Shown piece by piece: positions 1 through 9,499 of a stretch of DNA of 64,000 bases. Source of the DNA: Nitrospirota bacterium (lineage in GTDB: Bacteria; Nitrospirota; JACRHJ01). Location: NCBI GenBank assembly GCA_021784575.1, contig JAJYHX010000004.1:68350-132349 (forward strand), read 5' to 3'. Made by a program: the position numbers and the translations under genes. The notes beneath the pieces are model-generated. The model saw only the letters and a program-made list of their open reading frames with translations. It was not told the origin of the DNA and did no database searches. The first letter of the stretch is position 1. Every line of letters begins with the position of its first letter.

Positions 1-485
1 AGCGCCTCGAGTTCGCCTGTGACAAGCTCCATGAGCCTCGGCACTTTAGCCTCTATGGTGTCAGTCAAATCCAATCCCCAGCCTGATATGTCTTCAGGCT
101 GTATGCCAAGTATCACGACCTGCCCGATTTTCTTCCCGAGGGCGTCCGCCAAAGCAAATACCTCAACCATGCCGATTTGATGCAGGGAGGTCTTGTAGGG
201 CACTTTTACGTCTATATCCTCGGGCGTGAATCTGAAGATCGAACCCGGCGGATCGGAGGTTTTGACCGTATCGACGACGATTATATGATCCATGCCCTCG
301 ATAAAGGGCAGTAAATCCAGTCCGGCAGTGCCTCCATCCATGAGCGTGACGTTTTCGGGAAAGGAATATGCTTCCTTCAGGCGCTCTACCACCCGGACGC
401 CCACGCCCTCGTCCTTTAAAAGAATATTGCCGACGCCGAGGACAGTGATTTTCTTATCCCCGACCGCTGGGGCCGAATCCTGCAT
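1..485 (-). CDS. Hydrogenase maturation endopeptidase (HyaD/HybD family), 3' end outside window
   Basis: Not in ORF track; manual translation from ATG at 485 gives MQDSAPAVGDKKITVLGVGNILLKDEGVGVRVVERL...DGGTAG...SLHQIG; follows cytochrome b gene. Confidence 0.92.
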   Translation of the reverse strand, partial: MQDSAPAVGDKKITVLGVGNILLKDEGVGVRVVERLKEAYSFPENVTLMDGGTAGLDLLPFIEGMDHIIVVDTVKTSDPPGSIFRFTPEDIDVKVPYKTSLHQIGMVEVFALADALGKKIGQVVILGIQPEDISGWGLDLTDTIEAKVPRLMELVTGELEA

Positions 486-486
486 T

Positions 487-1134
487 TTAATCGCCCGAAT
501 GCTCCTTGCACACATAGCCGTCTATCATGGACATGAACGTCCTGTCCTTCTCCAGCGCGTTCTGCCTCAATACGAGGTAAATATGGGACAGCGTGAGCGC
601 TATGATAAGCCACATGCCTAAGACATGCACGACGCGGGTTACCGGCTCGCCTCCGAGCAGTACGTTTACCCACGCGAAATAAGAATGCAGCCAGCCGGTA
701 TAAATTGCGAAACCCGTCATTGCCATTATAACGGTTAAAAATCCTATCAGCAAGTATACCGGTCCCTGAATGGGGTTATACCGTTTATAGCGCGGGTGGT
801 AGTTAGTCATGAACAGGTAATATTTCACTATCTGCGGCAAGCCCTTAATGTTCTTTGGCAGGGGGAGAAGCTCCTTCCAGTCGGCCTCGGCCGGGTTTTT
901 CGAGAAGAACATGAGGTAACTCCTGAACATGAAGCCGAATACCAGCAGATATGCGCCAAGGAGATGAAAGAACCTGTTCCAGGCCATCGTCTCCGTCCCG
1001 CCCGGCAGAAAGGGTTTTTCTATGTAAAGCCCAGTAAATATCAATATGCCAATGGCCAGAAACCTCGTCCAGTGAAGTACCCTGACGGGTGCCGTCCAGT
1101 GGTAATATCTTTCTTTATTTTCAGGACAATCCAT
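487..1134 (-). CDS. Ni/Fe-hydrogenase b-type cytochrome subunit
   Basis: 4 TM segments, His ligands (RVLHW, RFFHL, RVVHV, SHIY), YNPIQ motif; operon context. Confidence 0.93.
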   Translation of the reverse strand: MDCPENKERYYHWTAPVRVLHWTRFLAIGILIFTGLYIEKPFLPGGTETMAWNRFFHLLGAYLLVFGFMFRSYLMFFSKNPAEADWKELLPLPKNIKGLPQIVKYYLFMTNYHPRYKRYNPIQGPVYLLIGFLTVIMAMTGFAIYTGWLHSYFAWVNVLLGGEPVTRVVHVLGMWLIIALTLSHIYLVLRQNALEKDRTFMSMIDGYVCKEHSGD

Positions 1135-1147
1135 GACGCCCCCTTTC

Positions 1148-2752
1148 TCAGGATACCCTGAATTTATATATCTCGTTGGTGCCAGGGTCGATTAAATGAA
1201 CCGTGCATGCGAGACAGGGATCGAAGGAATGCACGACCCTCAGGACCTCAAGCGGCTTTTTCGGGTCGAGCACCGGAGTGCCGATAAGGGCCTCTTCTAT
1301 CGGGCCGCGCACGCCCTTGTCGTCCCTCGGGCATACATTCCACGTCGTCGGGACTACAAGCTGATAGTTCTTCAGGACGGAGTTCTCTATCGTATTCCAG
1401 TGGGCCAGCGCGCCACGCGGGGCCTCCCATAGGCCAATTCCGCTCCCGCTTTGGGGAAGCTCGTACTGGCTGAAAAGCTTGGTTTTGCCTGCGCCAAGGT
1501 TCGAGGCGAGCTGCATTGTCCATAAGACCATCTGGTCTGCGACGAGTTTTGATTCGAGCGCCCTGGCGGCTATCCTGCCAAGGACAGAAAGCAGGACCTC
1601 CGGCTTGCCCGCGACACCGAGCTTTGCAAGCGCGCCGTCTATCAGTTCCTTCGCAGTAGGCTGGCCGCTCACGTAAGCCACCAGCATCCTGGACAGCGCG
1701 CCGACCTCCATCGGTTTGCCGTTCAGCCGCGGCGCCTTTGCCCAGCTGTATTTTTTCGATGTGTCGTAACCTGAAAAATCAGGGTCGGTTTCGCCTTTTG
1801 CCGGATTCAGCCCGCTTCCGGACTTGTACCAGCTGCGGGATACGTCCTCCGTCACCATCTCCGGGCCGACCTTCTGCGGCTTCAATCCCTGGTCTGCGTA
1901 AACCGCGCCCCGGGGGAGCAATCTCTTGTAGGGGTCTTTTGTCGCCGGGTCTTCGAATACGCCCCAGGCGAGATAGTTCCCATGTCCCTTGCCTATGCCG
2001 GCCCAGTCGAGGTAAAAAGGCGCTACAGCCAGCACGTCCGGGATGTATACGTCGTCGATAAACGCCTGCAATGTTTTGATCTTATAGAGAAAATGGGAGA
2101 TCAGGTCGAGGTTTACCATGCAGTTGACGCCGCCGGGAGGCGAGGTCATGGTCATTGGCATTTTCCCCCCGAAGATCGCGGAGGCGCTTGCCGCCAGGGC
2201 CTGCATATTTAGGGCGTCCAGGTAGTGCGAGACCGCCAGGAGGTTTATTTCAGGCGGGAGTTTGTATGCCGGGTGCCCCCAGTATGCGTTTGCGAATGGC
2301 CCGAGCTGGCCCGACTCCACGAAAGTCTTCAGCTTCGCCTGGACGGACAGAAGCTTCGGGTCTGAGGTTTTTGCGGAAAGCGCCGATACGACGTCGACAT
2401 AATCGAGCGCGGTAAGGTGATAGAACCACAGTATGTGGGAATGGAGGAACTGGCATCCCTCGATTAAGTTTCGCATCAGTATTGCGTTTTCGGGGGGAGT
2501 AACCTTGAACGAGTCTTCAAGACCCATCGTTGAAGTGTGCCCATGGGAGGTGGGGCATACGCCGCAGACCCGTTGGGTATACTGCCATGCGTCTCTCGGG
2601 TCTCGCCCCTGCAGGATTATCTCAAAGCCTCTGAAAAGCGTCCCGCTTGTCCAGGCGTCTTTTACCTTGCCGCCGTCTATCTCCACCTCGAGTTTCAGAT
2701 GCCCTTCTATCCTCGTCATCGGGTCGATTACATATCTGGCCATCTCAGTCAT
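1148..2752 (-). CDS. Group 1 [NiFe] uptake hydrogenase large subunit
   Basis: TRIEGH, L1 RVCGVCP, L2 DPCLACTVH plus C-terminal extension. Confidence 0.96.
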   Translation of the reverse strand: MTEMARYVIDPMTRIEGHLKLEVEIDGGKVKDAWTSGTLFRGFEIILQGRDPRDAWQYTQRVCGVCPTSHGHTSTMGLEDSFKVTPPENAILMRNLIEGCQFLHSHILWFYHLTALDYVDVVSALSAKTSDPKLLSVQAKLKTFVESGQLGPFANAYWGHPAYKLPPEINLLAVSHYLDALNMQALAASASAIFGGKMPMTMTSPPGGVNCMVNLDLISHFLYKIKTLQAFIDDVYIPDVLAVAPFYLDWAGIGKGHGNYLAWGVFEDPATKDPYKRLLPRGAVYADQGLKPQKVGPEMVTEDVSRSWYKSGSGLNPAKGETDPDFSGYDTSKKYSWAKAPRLNGKPMEVGALSRMLVAYVSGQPTAKELIDGALAKLGVAGKPEVLLSVLGRIAARALESKLVADQMVLWTMQLASNLGAGKTKLFSQYELPQSGSGIGLWEAPRGALAHWNTIENSVLKNYQLVVPTTWNVCPRDDKGVRGPIEEALIGTPVLDPKKPLEVLRVVHSFDPCLACTVHLIDPGTNEIYKFRVS

Positions 2753-3827
2753 CCCCTCCTTCCTTCCCGGAGCCGCCGTTTTTAGAATTGCCCTTTATTG
2801 CGCTTACCCCCGCGTGAACCGCTATGCCGGAGACGGTGGCCACGCCCAGAACCTTGCCGATATCGTCCGCTTTTGTGGTCGTGCCGCAGAACTCTACATC
2901 CTTCAGCCGAGCATAGAAGGGATAGAAATTGTCAGGCCATTTCATATCGAGACAGCCTATGCACGGGGCGCCGGCCTGGACGCACCAGTTCGTGTTGTCG
3001 TTATATCTAATGGTCGGGCAGGGGGCTTTCGTAAGCGGGCCCTTGCAGCCCATCTTGTAGAGGCAGTAACCTTTTTCCATTTCCGGTGTGCCGAAGGCCT
3101 CTACGAACTTGCCGGCCTCGAAATAAGCCCGGCGTTCGCACTGTTCGTGGACAGTTTTCGAATAAAACATCTTCGGCCTGCCCTGTTCGTCCAGATCCGG
3201 GAGTTTTTTGAAGAGCAGGTGGTTCATCACGACCCCGACAAGGAGTTTCGGGTCCGCGGGACAGCCTGGAAGGTTTACGTTTTTTATGCCCATTGGGGAA
3301 AGGACTTCCGAGACGCTCATGAGGCCCGAAGGATTGGGTCTTGCCCCGGGTATGCCTCCGCCGGAGGCACAAGAGCCGATGGCAACGACCGCCGCAGCCC
3401 TGGGCGCGACCTCCTTTACGATGTCGATCATGTCGCGTCCGCCAATCATTCCAAAACCCCGCTTAGACGGCATCCCGCCTTCGATTACCAGTATGAACCC
3501 GCCAGCCCCAACCGCATTCTTCAGGTTTTCCTCCGCCTGGTCACCCGCCGCCGCCATTATAGTGTCGTCATAATCCACGCTGAGGATATCGAGAATCAAT
3601 TCGGCGGGCCCGGGATTTTTGGCCTTGATGAACATTTCTGTGCAGCCAGTGTCGCATGAAAGGGTCAGCCACACGACCGAGGGCCGCTTAGCCGCCGATG
3701 TAACCGCTTCGGCTATTTTCGGGATGTACACCTCGGACAGACCCATCATCGCCGCGGTAGCGCCGCAGAATTTCAGGAAGTCTCTCCGTTTCATGTGCTT
3801 TAGAGCATTAAATGAATTGCTCCGCAT
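2745..3827 (-). CDS. Group 1 [NiFe] hydrogenase small subunit, Tat-exported, C-terminal membrane anchor
   Basis: KRRDFLK Tat motif, GSCA, GCP, HEQCERR, CLYKMGCKGP, PCIGC; hydrophobic tail with His. Confidence 0.95.
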   Translation of the reverse strand: MRSNSFNALKHMKRRDFLKFCGATAAMMGLSEVYIPKIAEAVTSAAKRPSVVWLTLSCDTGCTEMFIKAKNPGPAELILDILSVDYDDTIMAAAGDQAEENLKNAVGAGGFILVIEGGMPSKRGFGMIGGRDMIDIVKEVAPRAAAVVAIGSCASGGGIPGARPNPSGLMSVSEVLSPMGIKNVNLPGCPADPKLLVGVVMNHLLFKKLPDLDEQGRPKMFYSKTVHEQCERRAYFEAGKFVEAFGTPEMEKGYCLYKMGCKGPLTKAPCPTIRYNDNTNWCVQAGAPCIGCLDMKWPDNFYPFYARLKDVEFCGTTTKADDIGKVLGVATVSGIAVHAGVSAIKGNSKNGGSGKEGGDD

Positions 3828-4003
3828 TTTTTGCCCTTCCTTTCAAATAGGTTTAATGAAAAGCGAGGGTAATTCCCCCAACGACAGATAGTCCAAAATT
3901 CCAATTATCAAGTCATATTTATAACAAAATAACAGAACTAAAACAAGCAGATTTTTCTAACATCTATACTTATGTTTTACTTTTGGTTACCATGGGAGAG
4001 TAT

Positions 4004-4019
4004 AGCAATTAGCATGCCA
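4004..4019 (-). promoter_or_regulatory. Sigma54 (-24/-12) promoter of the uptake hydrogenase operon
   Basis: Minus strand TGGCATGCTAATTGCT = GG-N10-GC, matching the TGGCA-N6-TTGC consensus; adjacent to a sigma54 activator gene. Confidence 0.85.
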
Positions 4020-4092
4020 CACCCGGAAAAAGATTTAACTAATTGTTTCTTAAGGATTTTGCAGAGAAGCCTGGTTTTTAGTAAAAGAGTTT

Positions 4093-4139
4093 ATTACTTC
4101 AAGTAACAGGATTGCAATCAGCGCGTTACTTTTGGTTAC
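4093..4139. promoter_or_regulatory. Candidate enhancer (UAS) sites, GTTAC-N5-GTAAC-like
   Basis: ATTACTTCAAGTAAC (4093-4107) and GTTACTTTTGGTTAC (4125-4139), ~75-120 bp upstream of the -24 element; third copy at 3976-3990. Confidence 0.55.
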
Positions 4140-4186
4140 AACATTGGGAATAATGGCACGGAAAATACGTTGGCGATTACTCTTGT

Positions 4187-5560
4187 TTATTCACTGGAGA
4201 CAGCATTAACGGCAGGGCGCGGAATTCCCCATTTCTTACGCTTTTCCCAGAGCGACTTCCTTGTAATTCCCAGTATCTCGGCTATTTTCTGCTCACTTAA
4301 ATTCCCCTGGTAACGCATTATTACCGCTTTAGTATATTCTTCTATTGTCAGGGCCCTCTCCGCAGATTCTGAAAGCGAAATCTTTTTTCTCTGCCGCATA
4401 TCCTCGGGCAGGTGCTCGGGAGTGATGGTGCCTGAATCCGAAATCAGGACGGCGCGCTCGATAATGTTTTTAAGCTCCCGGATATTTCCGGGCCAGTTAT
4501 ATTCCAGGAACAGGGCCATCGTATCGTCCGATATCGTCTTTGCCGGTTTTCCAAGCTCGGTCGAAAATCGGGACAGAAAATGCGTAGCCAGGAGCGGTAT
4601 ATCTTCCTGCCTCTCCCGTAGCGGGCAGAGTTTAATATTAATCGCGTTTATCCTGTAAAAGAGGTCTTCCCTGAAAGCGCCCTCCCGCACCGCCTTTTGG
4701 AGGTCTTTATTGGTAGCCATTACAAACCTTACGTCAACCCTGGTGGACTGATTTCCCCCGACGGGCCGGATCTCCTGGTCTTCCAGTACCCTCAGAAGCT
4801 TGGACTGAAGCATTATGCTCATCTCGCCTATCTCATCCAGAAAGACCGTGCCTCCGACCGCGTCCTCAAAAAGCCCTTTCTTTGCGGCGGACGCGCCCGT
4901 AAAAGCGCCTTTTACATGCCCGAAAAGTTCCGATTCAAGCAGTTGTCCCGGGATGGCGGAGCAGTTAATCGGCACGAATGGCTTATCCTTTCTGTGGCTG
5001 TTGGAGTGAATTGCCCGGGCTATAACCTCTTTTCCAGTCCCAGTCTCCCCCAGGACAAGCACACTGCTTCTCGCGTCGGCGACCTTTATTACTTCCTCCA
5101 GGACTTTTTTAACACTATCGCAAACGCCTATTATCCGGCTGAAATCGTATTCCTTCTCTATCTGTTTCTTGAGCAGGTTGTTCTCCGAAACCAGGGAACG
5201 CTGCCTGAGCGCTCTCCTGATAAGGAGCTTTATCTCTTCGTGGATTATAGGCTTCATGATGTAATCGTACGCGCCGGCCCTGAGAGCGTCCACCGCCGTC
5301 TCGACCGAGGCGTAGGCTGTCATCAATATCACTAATTGTTCCGGGTCCTTCTCTTTCAGCTTTCGGAGCACTTCAAGGCCGTCTATCCCGGGCAGAAAAA
5401 TATCCGAGACGACAAGATCGAATGCAAAATCCCGCATCTTTTCCAGCGCTTCCTCACCGGAACCGACGGCGGTGACTGAATATCCCGTGCGGGTCAAAAG
5501 CCGCCCCATGGACTCCCGCAGGGTATTTTCGTCGTCAACGAGCAGGATTGTATCAGCCAT
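4187..5560 (-). CDS. Sigma54-dependent NtrC-family response regulator (HupR/HoxA-like role)
   Basis: REC domain (LVDDE, SDIFLP), GETGTGKE, ESELFGH, GAFTGA, WPGNIREL, C-terminal HTH. Confidence 0.95.
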   Translation of the reverse strand: MADTILLVDDENTLRESMGRLLTRTGYSVTAVGSGEEALEKMRDFAFDLVVSDIFLPGIDGLEVLRKLKEKDPEQLVILMTAYASVETAVDALRAGAYDYIMKPIIHEEIKLLIRRALRQRSLVSENNLLKKQIEKEYDFSRIIGVCDSVKKVLEEVIKVADARSSVLVLGETGTGKEVIARAIHSNSHRKDKPFVPINCSAIPGQLLESELFGHVKGAFTGASAAKKGLFEDAVGGTVFLDEIGEMSIMLQSKLLRVLEDQEIRPVGGNQSTRVDVRFVMATNKDLQKAVREGAFREDLFYRINAINIKLCPLRERQEDIPLLATHFLSRFSTELGKPAKTISDDTMALFLEYNWPGNIRELKNIIERAVLISDSGTITPEHLPEDMRQRKKISLSESAERALTIEEYTKAVIMRYQGNLSEQKIAEILGITRKSLWEKRKKWGIPRPAVNAVSSE

Positions 5561-5561
5561 T

Positions 5562-6812
5562 TCAGCCCCTCTTTGGAAGTTTTATGGTAAAGGCGCTTCC
5601 CCGCCCTTTTTCGCTTTTGACGTCTATTGTCCCGCCGTGCTCTTTTATTATCCCCCAGCAGATGCTCATCCCCAGGCCGCTTCCTTTTCCAGGCGACTTG
5701 GTCGTAAAGAAAGGATCGAAAATCCTTTCTGCAACGTCTTTTCCCATTCCTTGGCCCGTGTCGCTGAATACTATAATCAGGCTGTCGCTTGCGTCTTTAA
5801 CCGTTATGGAAAGTTTTCCGCCATCCGGCATTGCGTCTAACGCATTGAGCATGAGGTTTAAAAACACCTGCTGTATCTGGTCCGGGTTAATTCTAACTTG
5901 GCCTGTGAAGCCTATGTCCTTTATTATCTCGATATTCTTGAACTTTTTGTCGAACCGGGTAAGGGTAAGGGTGTTCTCCAGCACGTCGCGGATATCAGAT
6001 GGAATCTTTTCGGGGGTGTAGAGTCTCGTAAAATCGCTGAGACTCCGCACAATCCGGACGATCCTTTCTATGTGGCGGTTGACAATTTCGAGCGCTTCCT
6101 GCGTAAATTCGGGAGATTTCACCTCCTGGATCTCCTGCACAAGCGATGAAATTGACGCCAGGGGGTTCCCTATCTCATGCGAGATGCCGGCTGTAAGCTT
6201 GCCGATACTGGCAAATTTAGAGGCGGTTTTCATCGCCTCGAGTATGTCGCGTTCGGCCTTTTTGCGCCTTGTCAGGTCCATAGCCACGAAAAGCATTCCC
6301 GAAAGCTCGCCCCTCGGCCCTCTGATTGGCGTGACGGAGAGGCTTACCGGAAGCTCGCTCCCGTCTTTTTTTATATATGTCCATTCGCGTTCTACCGGGT
6401 TTTCCTCCAGCGCGTACATTGCGAAAAGTTCAATCCCTGCTACATTCTTCCCGGTAGAGAGACTGTACTCCCGGCAACGGTCTTCGATCTCGATCGAGGG
6501 ATGAAGGTCGAGTGACGTCAGGCTTCCCACGGCCTCATCAGGCTTATAGCCGAGCATGTCGGCCGCTCCGCTGTTGAAAAGCGTGATCTTTCCGTTCGGC
6601 GCGGCGGCTATGATGGATACCTGTGTAGCGGCGTCCAGGACGGCTTTTCTCTGCGCATTCGCCGCCTGGAACAAAGAGAGAATTCTATCCGTCTCCTCGA
6701 ACTGCCGGGCCACAAGGTCCGCCGTAATTTCTCCGGCTTCCCTCGCTATTCGGACTTCGCTCCTTAACAGTTCGTTTTCTTTCAGAAGGGAATCGACCGT
6801 CGGCTCGCTCAT
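5562..6812 (-). CDS. Cytoplasmic PAS-domain sensor histidine kinase (HupT/HoxJ-like role)
   Basis: N-terminal coiled coil, PAS, H-box SHEIGNP, N-box NLMLNA, DTGQG, FDPFFTTK, GSGLG; no TM. Confidence 0.93.
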   Translation of the reverse strand: MSEPTVDSLLKENELLRSEVRIAREAGEITADLVARQFEETDRILSLFQAANAQRKAVLDAATQVSIIAAAPNGKITLFNSGAADMLGYKPDEAVGSLTSLDLHPSIEIEDRCREYSLSTGKNVAGIELFAMYALEENPVEREWTYIKKDGSELPVSLSVTPIRGPRGELSGMLFVAMDLTRRKKAERDILEAMKTASKFASIGKLTAGISHEIGNPLASISSLVQEIQEVKSPEFTQEALEIVNRHIERIVRIVRSLSDFTRLYTPEKIPSDIRDVLENTLTLTRFDKKFKNIEIIKDIGFTGQVRINPDQIQQVFLNLMLNALDAMPDGGKLSITVKDASDSLIIVFSDTGQGMGKDVAERIFDPFFTTKSPGKGSGLGMSICWGIIKEHGGTIDVKSEKGRGSAFTIKLPKRG

Positions 6813-6830
6813 ATGCCACCGCTTCCAGTA

Positions 6831-8366
6831 TCAGCCAACGCGTAGGCTTAAAATTCGCGATCCTTTTGACGCTTCTATCGCGTGAACGGTACAGACAAGG
6901 CAGGCGTCGTAGGACCTTATAACCTGGCCAAGCTCTACAGGGTTTTCCAGATCCCGGACCTCAATGCCGACAAGAGACTCCTCGAAAGGCCCCCTCCGGC
7001 CGTTAGAATCCCGCGGAGAAGCGTGCCATGCGGTCGGGGTTATTACCTGGTACTGTTCTATCCGTGAATCCTTTATCCTTACCCAGTGCCCCAGGGCGCC
7101 GCGTGCCGCTTCGATAAGCCCGAATCCGTCTCCGTCCGGCACGTCCCCGGGCTGGCTATAGAAAGAACTTCCGCTCTTTATTATCTCGTCAAGCCAGACC
7201 TCCATTGCGGGAATCAGCCTTGACGGACGTGTGAGCCGGGCAAGCTCGCGGACAAATACGCTTGGGCCCTCCTTTTTCACCAGTTCCGTAAAAAGAGGGT
7301 CTTTTGCGATAATAAGTTCGGCCAGGGGACCCGTTTCAGCCGGGAGTCCGTCGTATCTCGGCGCCTTTGCCCAGGAATATCTATCAGCGTCTTTTCCGTC
7401 AAAATGAGGTATCGTAAGGCCTGAAAGCGGATGTCTTCCCCCCTCATAACCCTGGAACCACGAATGGGCCACGTGCTCCGAAACCTTTTCCTGGTCGAAC
7501 TCCCGAACTTCTCCCCCGCTTGAAAATCCGGCTTTTATAAAAAGGGCCCCTCCGCCGGACTCGACCGCGGTCTCTTCGGGCATATCGAGCGAGCCGTAAC
7601 TGAGGAAGTTGCCATGGCCCGCTCCGATATTACTCAGCCCGGCCTCACGGCAAAAACGGACGAAAAATCCGGTTTCGCCTTCCTTATGAGACTCTGATTC
7701 GTCGAGCCAGGCATCGAGGTTTTCCTTGCTCTTCACTTCCAGCCAGCGCTCAATTTCACAGCCCAGCACTCTTCTCTCGTACCACTCCTTGTAATTAATG
7801 AGCCGATTTTTGCAATGCAGTATGTCGCTCGCGCCAGGCAGGGTAACCACTCCCCCCGGCACCATGAAGGAGGAATGGGGCCATTGTCCGCCGAGGATAG
7901 CCACTATCTCGAGTACTCGTTTAGTTTCGGCTATTGTCTCAAGCGCAGTACAGCCCTTGAGCGGACGGTAGCGCCTTACAGCTTCTTCGTAGAGGCTGTG
8001 CCCGCTGTAGGCCACGTTTGTAAAATCCGCGGCGAAAAAAAGGAACCCGTGGCGCATGTCGCTCTGGATATTTTCGGTCATTAACGCTATATTCCGTACC
8101 CTTCGCGCATTGTCCGGCACGTTTGCGCCGCAGATCATATCAAGCGCCGCGGCGGCGGCGGCGAGATGTGTAGTGCTGCAGATGCCGCATATCCTTGGGG
8201 TGATTACAAGGCCGTCGAGGGCGTGGCGGCCCCTAAGGATATTCTCAATGCCCCTGAACATGGTGCCTGAACACCATGCATCCTTTACCACGCCCCCTGA
8301 AAGCTCTACGGTTATTTCGAGGTCGCCTTCGACGCGGTTTACCGGTATATTGAGCTTTTTTGACAA
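6831..8366 (-). CDS. Group 2 sensory [NiFe] hydrogenase large subunit (HupV-like)
   Basis: NRVEGDL, RICGICSTTH, GGQWPH, YSWAKAPR, DACLVCTVH. Confidence 0.9.
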   Translation of the reverse strand: MSKKLNIPVNRVEGDLEITVELSGGVVKDAWCSGTMFRGIENILRGRHALDGLVITPRICGICSTTHLAAAAAALDMICGANVPDNARRVRNIALMTENIQSDMRHGFLFFAADFTNVAYSGHSLYEEAVRRYRPLKGCTALETIAETKRVLEIVAILGGQWPHSSFMVPGGVVTLPGASDILHCKNRLINYKEWYERRVLGCEIERWLEVKSKENLDAWLDESESHKEGETGFFVRFCREAGLSNIGAGHGNFLSYGSLDMPEETAVESGGGALFIKAGFSSGGEVREFDQEKVSEHVAHSWFQGYEGGRHPLSGLTIPHFDGKDADRYSWAKAPRYDGLPAETGPLAELIIAKDPLFTELVKKEGPSVFVRELARLTRPSRLIPAMEVWLDEIIKSGSSFYSQPGDVPDGDGFGLIEAARGALGHWVRIKDSRIEQYQVITPTAWHASPRDSNGRRGPFEESLVGIEVRDLENPVELGQVIRSYDACLVCTVHAIEASKGSRILSLRVG

Positions 8367-8367
8367 A

Positions 8368-9306
8368 TCAGATACCTGTCTTCCGCCATTTCAGCCTATC
8401 GGGTGCGGCCGCGGCCGCCATTCCCTTGTATGCCATATAATGAGCCCTGTTCAGGCCGTCAGGCAGGTCGAGCGGGATACCTTCTATATTCCGGGTCTGA
8501 AAGAAAGGATAACTCTGCGGGAAATCGGGCATCGTGCATCCGAAACAAGGGACGCCGACGCGAGTCTTGGAAGTGCGCCTGTTCCAGAGGAGCTTATTGC
8601 AGGAGCCGTAGGCTAAAGGCCCGTGACAACCCTTGTAAAAGAAAAGGCAGCCTTTTTCGCCAAACTCGTGCTCCTCTACTCTGTACTCATGGTATTCATT
8701 CCTGGTGCAGCCCTGATGAACAAGTATCCCATACCACTCAACGGGCCGGTTAAACTCGTCCAGTTCGATATCGATGCCTGCCGCCAGGGCCGAGAGAGTG
8801 CCGGTAATTATATTGTAATGACACGGGCATCCGGGGAGGTTGATGACCGGAAGTCCTGCGCCAGACCTAAAGCCATGACCCAAGAACCCGCCTTTTTCCG
8901 AACGGTGGAACTGTAGGCCCGTGGCCAGGGCCGGGCCGTCCACCCCGATACCGCCGTAAGCCGCGCAGGTTCCGACGGCAATTACATATTTCGCCTTACG
9001 TGAAAGCGCGGCCGCCAGCTCCTTCTTGGGCTTTCCGCAGGTCGTATCGAACATGCCCGTATCGCCGGGGCCTCGTATTATCGAGCCTTCGACGCAAAGT
9101 ATGTCGAGCTTCTTTCTACCCGAGAGAAGGGCCTTGTCGAGCTTTTGTTTTTCCTTGAAAGTGGTTTGAGACAGGGACTGATGCCACAGGAAATCTATTC
9201 CAGACTGGTTGAAAAAGCGTGGTAAGTCGGGTGAATCCGCATTCAGAAGAGATACTGAATCTCCACTGCAACCGCCGCATTGAAGCCAATATAACGAGAC
9301 GGGCAT
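8368..9306 (-). CDS. Group 2 sensory [NiFe] hydrogenase small subunit (HupU-like), no Tat signal
   Basis: WLQCGGCSGD, GTCAAYGG, PGCPCH, HQGCTRNEY, GCHGP, CFGCT. Confidence 0.9.
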   Translation of the reverse strand: MPVSLYWLQCGGCSGDSVSLLNADSPDLPRFFNQSGIDFLWHQSLSQTTFKEKQKLDKALLSGRKKLDILCVEGSIIRGPGDTGMFDTTCGKPKKELAAALSRKAKYVIAVGTCAAYGGIGVDGPALATGLQFHRSEKGGFLGHGFRSGAGLPVINLPGCPCHYNIITGTLSALAAGIDIELDEFNRPVEWYGILVHQGCTRNEYHEYRVEEHEFGEKGCLFFYKGCHGPLAYGSCNKLLWNRRTSKTRVGVPCFGCTMPDFPQSYPFFQTRNIEGIPLDLPDGLNRAHYMAYKGMAAAAAPDRLKWRKTGI

Positions 9307-9469
9307 CGCATTTTCCTTCCTGCTTTAACTGCATGTATTATCTTGAAATTCCGCGTGTTAGTCAAGCATTTTTGTGGTAAGCCGTTTTAACAGGTGGTAA
9401 TCCGAGGTTACATGAGAGGTTACGAAAAAGGGCTTACGATTTATTTCCGCAAGCCCTTCGTTTTTCTCT

Positions 9470-9499
9470 TGCTCCCCGTGCCGGACTCGAGCCGGCGAC
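9470..9499 (-). pseudogene. Degenerate tRNA 3'-end fragment (tRNA-Asn-like), possible old att core
   Basis: Minus strand GTCGCCGG-cTCGAGT-CCGGC-ACGGGGA-GCA: T-arm plus acceptor 3' strand, followed by a hairpin. Confidence 0.45.

Noticed and set aside
4154..4170. Second sigma54 promoter on the plus strand (TGGCACGG...)
   Set aside because: No GC at the -12 position, and it would point into the 3' end of the regulator gene.
1148..8366. Selenocysteine ([NiFeSe]) hydrogenase
   Set aside because: Both large subunits have Cys codons in L2 and no in-frame TGA.
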